DNA of 64,000 nt from an uncultured virus (IMG/VR IMGVR_UViG_3300013947_000029). Its lineage: Duplodnaviria; Heunggongvirae; Uroviricota; Caudoviricetes; Crassvirales. The notes under the pieces were generated by a model. It searched no databases and was not told the origin of the DNA. It saw only the letters and a list, made by a program, of their open reading frames with translations. The position numbers and the translations under genes are program-made. The stretch is taken from the IMG/VR virus record IMGVR_UViG_3300013947_000029, one strand, 5' to 3'. Numbering within the stretch: position 1 is the stretch's first letter; the number at the start of each line of letters is the position of its first letter. This document shows, in pieces, positions 8,672-17,104 of the stretch.

Positions 8672-9259
8672 ATGATACAATTTAGTACTTTAAAGATTAC
8701 CTCTGATGGTCAGGAATTGCTCATTAGTGCTTATGTTCCACTAGAGGAATATTATGATGATGTTCTTATAGAATCTATAGCCATAGATACTCAAGATACT
8801 TTTAATGCCAATGGTGTAAGCAGTAATCCTATCTATAGAGAATCTTTTGTATACACAGACCCTAAGACACTTAAAGAAGTTAAAGGTAGAAAAGAGATTA
8901 ACTTAGTGCTTAATAATAAGGCACTTAAAAATATCTCTCTGCAAGATAATATTTTATACATATATCTTATTGCTTCAGGAACTCCAGCTCCTAATACCCC
9001 TTGTGGCATGGATAATGCTACTTCCTTAGGAGTAGTTTGCAGCCTTAATAAAATCTATTCTACAGGTCTTAAATACTTAAAAGAAGTATCTAATAACTGT
9101 AGTATTCCTCAATCTTTTATAGATTTTATATGCCAATACAAAGCTTTGGATTTGGCTATAAGAACAAAGAATTATATCCAAGCTAATAAATATTGGAATA
9201 AATTCTTTAAGGGAACTATTGCTAACACTAAAACATCTGGATGTGGCTGTACTGGATGA
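8672..9259 (+). CDS. Probable tail hub protein A
   Basis: TPCGMD motif and C-terminal GCGCTG; synteny. Confidence 0.55.
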   Translation: MIQFSTLKITSDGQELLISAYVPLEEYYDDVLIESIAIDTQDTFNANGVSSNPIYRESFVYTDPKTLKEVKGRKEINLVLNNKALKNISLQDNILYIYLIASGTPAPNTPCGMDNATSLGVVCSLNKIYSTGLKYLKEVSNNCSIPQSFIDFICQYKALDLAIRTKNYIQANKYWNKFFKGTIANTKTSGCGCTG

Positions 9260-9593
9260 TTTAACAAAGGGAGTAGCACAGTCCTTTGATAACTATATGA
9301 GTTTATTAGGAAGTATAGGATATGCCTCTCAATGTGCTGTAAATAAATTATTGGTATATTCCTTTATAGAAGAGATATTTGAAAAATTCAGTACATATAT
9401 TACTGAGGAAGATTATAATATACTTGCAGAAGCTTTAAACTGTTTATATGGTACTTGCATGATTCCATACCCCTACTTTATTAATGATGATGCTACTTCA
9501 GATTCTACAGACTTTATTCCTGTAGAATATAGAATTACAGAAGATAAAGTGATGAGAATAACAGAGGATAATTTATTCAGAGTTAAAGCCTAA
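9243..9593 (+). CDS. Probable tail hub protein B (start uncertain: TTG 9219, GTG 9243 or CTG 9252)
   Basis: ALNCLYGTCMIPYP motif; overlaps the previous stop; synteny. Confidence 0.5.
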   Translation: MAVLDDLTKGVAQSFDNYMSLLGSIGYASQCAVNKLLVYSFIEEIFEKFSTYITEEDYNILAEALNCLYGTCMIPYPYFINDDATSDSTDFIPVEYRITEDKVMRITEDNLFRVKA

Positions 9594-9604
9594 GTAACTT
9601 ATTT

Positions 9605-9654
9605 AAACTGTTGTGAATATAACTGTAAAATGCTATATTTGCAACAGTTTTTTA
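9605..9654 (+). promoter_or_regulatory. Hairpin + U-tract overlapping a Bacteroidota -7 promoter element (TATATTTG, 9634-9641)
   Basis: aaactgttgtgaatata pairs with tatatttgcaacagttt (two G.U pairs), then tttt; matches the TAnnTTTG consensus. Confidence 0.55.
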
Positions 9655-9665
9655 TTTATACAACT

Positions 9666-10394
9666 ATGAGTACATACAGAGAAATAGTATATATGTGTTC
9701 TGACCAATTAAAAATAGCATCTGATGATAGCTATTTTACTGAAGACCATATATTATATTTAGTAAAAAAATACAGAGCTTTATTATTAACACAAAGATAT
9801 AAAGATGTTAGAAAAGAAATTCCTGAATCTAACTATCAAACTATATGTGTAGATTTAACTAAATCTCCTGCTATTGAAGGAGAAACTTGTGAAGGAGGTA
9901 CTTTACTTAAGAGTACTTCAAAGATACCATCATTACTTACTGTAGGAACTAATAAAGTGTTTCCTATGAGTTATTTCTATGGAGAAGTTTCTTTAGTTTC
10001 TAGAGAAAGAATGAAATATGTAGGATATAATAGATGGCTGAAGAATGTTATTTATTGCTCTATAGCTCCTGATGGTTATTTATATCTTAAATCCTCAAAT
10101 CCTCAATTCTTACATCTTGAGAAAGTAAAAGTCTCTGGTATATTTGAAGATGTTGATGAAGTAGAGAAATTATCCTGTGATAAGAGTACTGATACTACTT
10201 GTGATATTATGGATAGAAAATTCCCATTAGAAGAATCATTAATACCACAAGTAGTAGAAACTGTTGTAAGATTAATGACAGGAGCTCTCTATAAGCCTGA
10301 AGATGATGATAATAATGCTAAAGATGATTTGTCTGACATAATGGCTTTTATAAGAAGAAATATGAAATCTAATCTACAAAAACAAATAGAGTAA
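9666..10394 (+). CDS. Tail ring protein (likely start ATG 9666, MSTYREIVY)
   Basis: Ring-family features (YQTIC, FEDxxE, FPLEE..I); the upstream ATG 9630 lies within the promoter/hairpin. Confidence 0.6.
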   Translation: MSTYREIVYMCSDQLKIASDDSYFTEDHILYLVKKYRALLLTQRYKDVRKEIPESNYQTICVDLTKSPAIEGETCEGGTLLKSTSKIPSLLTVGTNKVFPMSYFYGEVSLVSRERMKYVGYNRWLKNVIYCSIAPDGYLYLKSSNPQFLHLEKVKVSGIFEDVDEVEKLSCDKSTDTTCDIMDRKFPLEESLIPQVVETVVRLMTGALYKPEDDDNNAKDDLSDIMAFIRRNMKSNLQKQIE

Positions 10395-10894
10395 TGCTTG
10401 AAACAATTCCTAAAAAACATATTCATAGAATAACTAATTCTTGGACTATTAAAGATGCCCGTAATTGGATGAGAAAGAATAAATGGTTTGGTGCTCAACC
10501 TCTTACAGAACATATGTTTTATCTTATTGTTAGAGAAGTAGGAAAAGCAGTTGCTGAGAAATATATTACTACAGGATATATGAAATTTCCTAGAGGTATG
10601 GGAGAATTAGTATTAGCCAAAAGAAAGATTATGGCAAGAGTAGTAGATGGTAAACTTGTAGGAGGTATAGTAGATTGGGCTGAAACTTATAAGTTGTGGA
10701 ATAGTGACCCAGAAGCTAAGAAAGATAAAATCTTTGTAAGGTATGAGAGTGACTTCTATAGGACTTATTATAAGAAAAATAAAGCTAGGTATAAAAATAG
10801 AATCTATTATTTATTCCACTTACATAAAGCATTACGCAAAAGACTTAGTAAGAATATCTCTGATGGGATTGTAGATACTTGTATAATTAGATGA
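10394..10894 (+). CDS. IHF/HU-like basic DNA-binding protein
   Basis: Basic; FPRGMGEL and VDWAETYKLW motifs typical of crAss IHF-like genes in this position. Confidence 0.55.
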   Translation: MLETIPKKHIHRITNSWTIKDARNWMRKNKWFGAQPLTEHMFYLIVREVGKAVAEKYITTGYMKFPRGMGELVLAKRKIMARVVDGKLVGGIVDWAETYKLWNSDPEAKKDKIFVRYESDFYRTYYKKNKARYKNRIYYLFHLHKALRKRLSKNISDGIVDTCIIR

Positions 10895-11772
10895 TTATGT
10901 GGAAAGATTTAAATATAACTGATAAAGCTGCTCTTATAAAAATAGGAGTAGATAATGGGATATATGATTTAAATACTATAAGGAACAGCTATAACCAATT
11001 AAGCAATGACACTGGTATATTATATAAAGATGGTGGTTTACTTAATAAAATCACTTCAAAAATAAAGTCTTGGTTTACTACAGAAGAAGAAACTCCTAAA
11101 CCAAGAGATTTTAGGACTGATAGAATAAGACATAATACCAGTCCTACAGCAAGAGTTTCTGAAGCACTTGAAAATACTATGTATAAGTATTATCCTAAGA
11201 CAAGAAGTACTACTGATATTCCTTTTATACCTGAGAAAGCTATTATGGTTAATGGTTATCTTACTAGTACTAATGCTTTAGATTCCTTAGCTAAATATGC
11301 AGGTATTCATAATAGGACTTTACAGGTTTCTGAAAAACCTATAAAAAGAAATTCTACTACTAGAAAGTTAACTAAAGAAGAATCTATAGGACTTAGTACT
11401 CATGAAACTCGTAATGGTGCTATGGGTTATATGTCTGAAAAAAATATATTAGATGCTGCTAAAAAGAGAAATCTTAATAAGGAACAAACTAAAGAGTATC
11501 TTAGAGCTTTTGCTAATGCTAATGTTTTTACAGCTTTTGGTGGTGCTCCAGCAGTAGCTATGGTAAACAATTATCACTACAATACTACTTCAAGAACTGT
11601 ACATCCTTTATTAGATGCCTTTAGATATTATGCTCAAGGAGATTATAATAGAGGAGATAAAACACATACTAAAAAAGTACAAAAAGCAGGTAAAGATGCT
11701 TTTATATCTCCTGAAGTAATGAAATGGTGGAATGAGACAGGAAGAGATTATTTTACAGGAAAAAGAAAATAA
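10891..11772 (+). CDS. Accessory protein, possibly with a lysozyme/transglycosylase-like C-terminal domain
   Basis: 293-aa ORF; HETRNG and YNRG motifs; short helical N-terminus ending in YKDGG. Confidence 0.35.
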   Translation: MIMWKDLNITDKAALIKIGVDNGIYDLNTIRNSYNQLSNDTGILYKDGGLLNKITSKIKSWFTTEEETPKPRDFRTDRIRHNTSPTARVSEALENTMYKYYPKTRSTTDIPFIPEKAIMVNGYLTSTNALDSLAKYAGIHNRTLQVSEKPIKRNSTTRKLTKEESIGLSTHETRNGAMGYMSEKNILDAAKKRNLNKEQTKEYLRAFANANVFTAFGGAPAVAMVNNYHYNTTSRTVHPLLDAFRYYAQGDYNRGDKTHTKKVQKAGKDAFISPEVMKWWNETGRDYFTGKRK

Positions 11773-12459
11773 ATGGAAAGATATATATCAATAAGAGAAG
11801 TAATGGATAATCTTCTTGATAATCCATTATTACAGGACCTTACACTTGAAAGGACTGTACACTATACTGTAGATTTTATAAGAAAGGTAGGAATGCCTAA
11901 ACTCTATACAGAAAAAACAGCAAAGCTTGATATAGAAGAGTATAGAGCAGCATTACCCTGTGACTTTCATAAAGTTATACAAATTAAAAAGATAGATGGA
12001 AATACTAGTCAGATGTTAAGAAGCAGTACTGCTACTTTTCATATGTCTGAGAATAAACAATACTCTATAGATGCTACCTATAAAATACAAGGATTAATTA
12101 TATATACTTCTTTTAAAGAGGGTTGTATAGAGCTATCTTATGAAGCTATACCAGTAGATTGCGATGGTTATCCTTTAATACCTGATAATAGCTCTTTTAG
12201 AGAAGCCTTAGAGCTATATATTACTAAAAGAAAATATAGGGTATTATTTGACACAGGAAAACTTAGAGGTGATGTATATAATAATATATGTCAAGATTAT
12301 GCTTTTGCTGTAGGGCAAGCACAAACTAGTCTTACTATGCCTACTATAGATGAACTTACATCTATTACTAATATGTGGAATACTCTATTACCTAGAACTA
12401 TGGAAGCAGAAACAGGGTTTATTAATATGGGTACTAGAGAAAACTTTAAAGTACAATGA
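11773..12459 (+). CDS. Tail ring/adaptor protein
   Basis: LPCDF and DGYPLIPD..SF..ALE.YI motifs; directly upstream of the muzzle gene. Confidence 0.65.
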   Translation: MERYISIREVMDNLLDNPLLQDLTLERTVHYTVDFIRKVGMPKLYTEKTAKLDIEEYRAALPCDFHKVIQIKKIDGNTSQMLRSSTATFHMSENKQYSIDATYKIQGLIIYTSFKEGCIELSYEAIPVDCDGYPLIPDNSSFREALELYITKRKYRVLFDTGKLRGDVYNNICQDYAFAVGQAQTSLTMPTIDELTSITNMWNTLLPRTMEAETGFINMGTRENFKVQ

Positions 12460-15400
12460 TAAAACAAGATATACATTCCTTTAGAGGAATGAGGCAAGAT
12501 ACTCATCCTATAAAACAACCTGCTGATTTTTTATGGGAAGCACATAATATAGATTTTACTACTAAAGATGATAATACCTTACTTACACTAACTAATGAAA
12601 GGGGTACTAAAGATTTACAGTTAACCTTAAATTCTATTTATATAGGACATTGCATTGTAGGAAAGTATCTTATAGTATTTGCTGGAGATGGTAATGGCAA
12701 TCAGATATACAGACTTACTAATTCTAATGGTGAATGGCTATGGAATATATTATACTCAGGAGATTTAGGAATGCTTCCTGAATATCCATTACAAACATTA
12801 GGTATTTATGAAGGACCTTTAGTACAGAAAGTATATTGGGTAGATGGTAAAAACCCACCAAGATGTATTAATATAACTGCTGATAAACTTTTTCCTAATA
12901 AAACTACTCTGAATGAATTATATCCTGAAGGTTGTTTTGATTTTACCCCAGAGTTAGCACTTAATGAAGAAGTAACAATAACAAGAGAAGAAGGTGGAGA
13001 ATTTCCTGCAGGAGTAGTACAATATGCTTTCTCTTATTATAATAAGTATGGTCAAGAGACTAATTTATTCTATACTACAGAATTACTTTATACTTCTTTT
13101 ACAGAAAGGGGGGGAAGTCCTGAAGAGAAGGTTTCTAATAGTTTTCATATTAACATTAATAATTTAGAATTTGAGAGATTTGATTATATTAGAATATACT
13201 CTATATTTAGAACCTCTCTTAATGCCACACCAATGGTAAAGATAGTAGGAGAAATTCCTATAGAACATAATAGCTATATAACCTTTGTAGATACTGGTAA
13301 TATAGGAGATAATATAGACCCTACTAAGATGCTTTATATAGGAGGAGAGTACCTTATAGCTTCTACTATAGCAGAGAAAGACAATACTCTATTTCTAGGT
13401 AACATAAGTAAAGTACAAAAAGACAGTAGTACTTATAAAGATTTTACTACTGCAGCAGCAGCTATTAGTATATATAATACGGTAAATTCCTCTACTAGGG
13501 AAGTAGGAATAGATTTAAATGTTGGAAATAACACTTTCTATAACTATGTAAATACATTATCTTCTGGTAATATTACTACCTTTAAAGTAGGAGATTATTA
13601 TAGACTTGGAGTGCAATTTCAATATAAAACTGGAGAATGGTCAGAGCCTGTATTTATAAAGGATTATCAAATCCCTACTACTAGTAGGCCTAGTATTAAG
13701 ACTACAGGGAATCCTTCTTTGATTTTACCTAAGATAGAGATGACTTTTAAAGAGAGTCCTTCTGAAAGTAGTCTTAAAGCTGGAAATAGCCTTAAAGATT
13801 TTAAGGATTTAGGTTATAAGAAAATAAGACCTGTAGTAGTATTACCATCTGTTTATGATAGGCAAATAGTAGCACAAGGAGTATTATGTCCTACAGTATT
13901 TAGTATTGGGCAAAGAAAAACTAATACCCCTTTCTCTCAATCTTCTTGGTTCTTTAGACCTATGAGCCTTGAAGACCCTAAGATAACTAATACAACAAAC
14001 TTAGATAAAGGTTCTGTAGTATCATTTAAGCATCTTGATTGCCTTTTAGCTAATGATGATAGAGGAGCAGAAATCCAAAATATGTTTTATGATACATTTG
14101 AAAATGCTAATACTGCTGCTAAATATAACTATACTTCTAGAGATAACCTTTTCTTTGTAGACCAATCTATACTTACTTTTCATTCTCCAGATATAGAGTT
14201 TGATGATAGTACAAGACAGGCTATTGAGGGCAGTCAGTTTGACTTAAAAATAGTAGGATTAATACCAATTAAATGTAATGCTGGAGATATTTCTATACAA
14301 ACTTCTTCTACAGTACCTGCCCCTGATGATGATGGTTTCTATCACAGAACATTCTTGTCTACAGATTATTCTAATAGAATACTAGCAGCAGGAATGTTTT
14401 ATAAGAGTCATATTATAGATGATGCTCAGGAAAATTCTTCTGATATATATGTATATAAGCCTAAAGAAACTAAATGGGAACTAAACTGGCTAATATATCC
14501 TTGGCATAGAAATGGCTCATTAAATAATGATTTTACTAGACCTACAGGTAGTGGTACTAGAACTGCTATGCTAAAAAGAAAGGTAATCTCTAATATAAGA
14601 ATAGCAGAAGATAATATATGGCTAGATACAATATGGGCCCCAGCAATGGGTATTACTCCTACTTCAATATTTAATAGTAATGAAGTATCTCTTGTAAAAA
14701 TACCTTCTCCTTTAAATTCTGGAATCACTACACTTAATTATTATGGTAATGTTGATACCTTACTTACTTCAGACCAAAAATATTCTTTTTATTTAATTCC
14801 TAATACAGGAGAAAATATAAACCTTAAAGATGGAGGTGGTGGAATAGTAGAAGATGCTTTTACCCACTGCCCATTACAACAAATTAGTGGAAATTTAAAT
14901 TACTCAGAGATAGGAGACTCTGCAGAATATTTAAAGGTAAGTACAGAACCTGTAAGAATGAAATATAAATCTTCTCCTCATGCAGTATTTGCTTTAAATT
15001 ACAGAGATAATAAAGCTAATGAATTTCTTCCTTACATAACAACTTCTGCTAATAATGAATTGAAGATTAACAATTATACTGGGAAAAACATTGAACCCTT
15101 TTGGTTAGGAGTTAATATCCCACAGAAAACAGCTATAAATGCTATAGCATCAGGAGTTTATACTAGAGAAGGCACAGATGCAGTAATACAAGAAGAAGTA
15201 ACTAAATGGTTAAACTATAATTATAGTGTTGTAAAAGCAGGGGATTTTGCAATCTGCACATGTGGCATTGCAGGAGATTCTTTAAATTATGCTGACCTTT
15301 ATATAACTACAGCAGAAAAAACATGGAAATATGTAGCCATTACTGAGGATATGGCAGATACCTATTATAGATATGGCAATGAGTTTTGGAAAGTAGTTAT

Positions 15401-17000
15401 TACTAAGGATGGTGTAAGAGGACATCTTGAAAGATTTACTGAGGCAATATATCAGTTTGAACAAAATGCCATAGTACAGTCTGATATAGACCTTAATAAA
15501 CCTTACCTCTTTTTAGCAGAATTAATTAAACCTAATACACCACCAAATCAATTTGGAGGTAGTGATTATACAAGTAACTTATGGATTCCTGCAGGTAAAG
15601 CTGTTAATCTTCCTAGTACTGCAGATGCTACCACAACAATAGAATATATTTATGGAGATACTTTCTATCAAAGATATGACTGTCTTAAAACTATGTCATT
15701 TACTAATGAAGATGAAAATAGTGTTATAGATATACTCTCCTTTATGTGTGAAAGTAGAGTAAATATAGATGGTAGGTATGATAAAAATAGAGGGCAACTG
15801 AGTAATCTCAACATGTCTTCTACTAATTTTAATCTCATTAATCCTGTATATTCTCAAAGAAATAATTTCTACAATTATAGAATACTTGATGAGAAGTATC
15901 ATAAGTCAAAAGAATATCCATCACAAATAGCTTGGTCTCTTGAAAAGAAGTACCTTGAAGATATAGATACTTGGACTAATATAAATCTTGCTAACTCTAT
16001 AGACCTTGATGGTTCTGCTGGTCCTATAACTTCATTAGAAACATTCAATGATTTACTTATAGCTTTTCAAGAGAAATCTCTAAGTCAAATACTATTTAAT
16101 AGTAGAGTACAAATACCTACTTCAGAAGGTGTTCCTATAGAGATAAGTAATAACTATAAAGTAGAAGGAGTAAGAACTATTAGTGATACTGTAGGATGTC
16201 AAGATAAAGCTACTATAGCAAAGTCTTTATATGGACTGTATTTCATAGATAGTACTACTGATACTTTATATCTTTACAATGGGCAATTACAAGATATTAG
16301 TACTAAAGCAGGATTTAACTTCTGGATGAAAAAATACCATACAGATGATTTATGGAATATGGAAAGTGGTTCTACAGGTATTAGAGCTAGTTATGACCCT
16401 AATAGAAGGAGATTATATTTAAGCTCTTTAAAAGACACTAGTAATGAAAATACTTTATGTTACTCAGAACAACTTGAAGCAGTAGAATCATTGATGAGCT
16501 ACAGTAATGTGGTAATGTTCCCTATGGATAATAACTTCTTTTCTCTTACAAAAATTTGTCAATTATGGCAGAATTATGAAGGAGAATATAATAAATTCTA
16601 TGGTGAATATAAGATGCCTTGGTTTACTTATATATGTAATGATAATCCCTTTGTTACTAAAGTATTTGATACTATAGAGTATCAAGCTGATGTTGATATA
16701 ATAGATACAAAAAAGTCTGCTTATGTATGGCAATATAATAAATCTTTTGATTGGATAAGAGCTTATAATGAATATCAAGACAGTGATAAAAAAATACTCA
16801 CCCAACTGAGAAAAATATCTGGTAATATCTCATTAAGAAATAAATTTAGAATGTGGAGAGGACAGATACCAAGACAAGGAAGAGAGAGAATAAGAAACCC
16901 TTGGGCTGCTATTACACTAGGATTTAATGACCCTGATGATAAAAACCCAAGTGATTTTAAGTTGAGATTACATAATATATCAACAAAATACACTATCTAA
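12456..17000 (+). CDS. Muzzle / tail stabilization protein (P22 gp10-like)
   Basis: 1514 aa; KVYWVDG.NPPR.IN, YGDTFYQRYDCLKT, ESRVNIDGRYD, KFRMWR..IPR...RIRNPW motifs. Confidence 0.8.
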   Translation: MIKQDIHSFRGMRQDTHPIKQPADFLWEAHNIDFTTKDDNTLLTLTNERGTKDLQLTLNSIYIGHCIVGKYLIVFAGDGNGNQIYRLTNSNGEWLWNILYSGDLGMLPEYPLQTLGIYEGPLVQKVYWVDGKNPPRCINITADKLFPNKTTLNELYPEGCFDFTPELALNEEVTITREEGGEFPAGVVQYAFSYYNKYGQETNLFYTTELLYTSFTERGGSPEEKVSNSFHININNLEFERFDYIRIYSIFRTSLNATPMVKIVGEIPIEHNSYITFVDTGNIGDNIDPTKMLYIGGEYLIASTIAEKDNTLFLGNISKVQKDSSTYKDFTTAAAAISIYNTVNSSTREVGIDLNVGNNTFYNYVNTLSSGNITTFKVGDYYRLGVQFQYKTGEWSEPVFIKDYQIPTTSRPSIKTTGNPSLILPKIEMTFKESPSESSLKAGNSLKDFKDLGYKKIRPVVVLPSVYDRQIVAQGVLCPTVFSIGQRKTNTPFSQSSWFFRPMSLEDPKITNTTNLDKGSVVSFKHLDCLLANDDRGAEIQNMFYDTFENANTAAKYNYTSRDNLFFVDQSILTFHSPDIEFDDSTRQAIEGSQFDLKIVGLIPIKCNAGDISIQTSSTVPAPDDDGFYHRTFLSTDYSNRILAAGMFYKSHIIDDAQENSSDIYVYKPKETKWELNWLIYPWHRNGSLNNDFTRPTGSGTRTAMLKRKVISNIRIAEDNIWLDTIWAPAMGITPTSIFNSNEVSLVKIPSPLNSGITTLNYYGNVDTLLTSDQKYSFYLIPNTGENINLKDGGGGIVEDAFTHCPLQQISGNLNYSEIGDSAEYLKVSTEPVRMKYKSSPHAVFALNYRDNKANEFLPYITTSANNELKINNYTGKNIEPFWLGVNIPQKTAINAIASGVYTREGTDAVIQEEVTKWLNYNYSVVKAGDFAICTCGIAGDSLNYADLYITTAEKTWKYVAITEDMADTYYRYGNEFWKVVITKDGVRGHLERFTEAIYQFEQNAIVQSDIDLNKPYLFLAELIKPNTPPNQFGGSDYTSNLWIPAGKAVNLPSTADATTTIEYIYGDTFYQRYDCLKTMSFTNEDENSVIDILSFMCESRVNIDGRYDKNRGQLSNLNMSSTNFNLINPVYSQRNNFYNYRILDEKYHKSKEYPSQIAWSLEKKYLEDIDTWTNINLANSIDLDGSAGPITSLETFNDLLIAFQEKSLSQILFNSRVQIPTSEGVPIEISNNYKVEGVRTISDTVGCQDKATIAKSLYGLYFIDSTTDTLYLYNGQLQDISTKAGFNFWMKKYHTDDLWNMESGSTGIRASYDPNRRRLYLSSLKDTSNENTLCYSEQLEAVESLMSYSNVVMFPMDNNFFSLTKICQLWQNYEGEYNKFYGEYKMPWFTYICNDNPFVTKVFDTIEYQADVDIIDTKKSAYVWQYNKSFDWIRAYNEYQDSDKKILTQLRKISGNISLRNKFRMWRGQIPRQGRERIRNPWAAITLGFNDPDDKNPSDFKLRLHNISTKYTI

Positions 17001-17001
17001 G

Positions 17002-17042
17002 TAATGGGGATATAAGAGAAATCTTATGTCCCTATTATTTTT
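17002..17042 (+). terminator. Intrinsic terminator
   Basis: taatggggatataaga-GAAA-tcttatgtccctatta followed by ttttt. Confidence 0.75.
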
Positions 17043-17054
17043 ATATTTATCTTA

Positions 17055-17085
17055 TTGTTTATAATATAAACTTTCTATATTTTTG
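17055..17085 (+). promoter_or_regulatory. Putative Bacteroidota sigma-A-type promoter
   Basis: TTG (17055-17057)-N20-TATTTTTG (17078-17085), 19 nt before ATG 17105. Confidence 0.55.
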
Positions 17086-17104
17086 CATGATAAATTATTA
17101 AACT

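Noticed and set aside
9531..9575. Short tandem repeat RITED/RITED
   Set aside because: Only two imperfect copies within coding sequence; too little to interpret.
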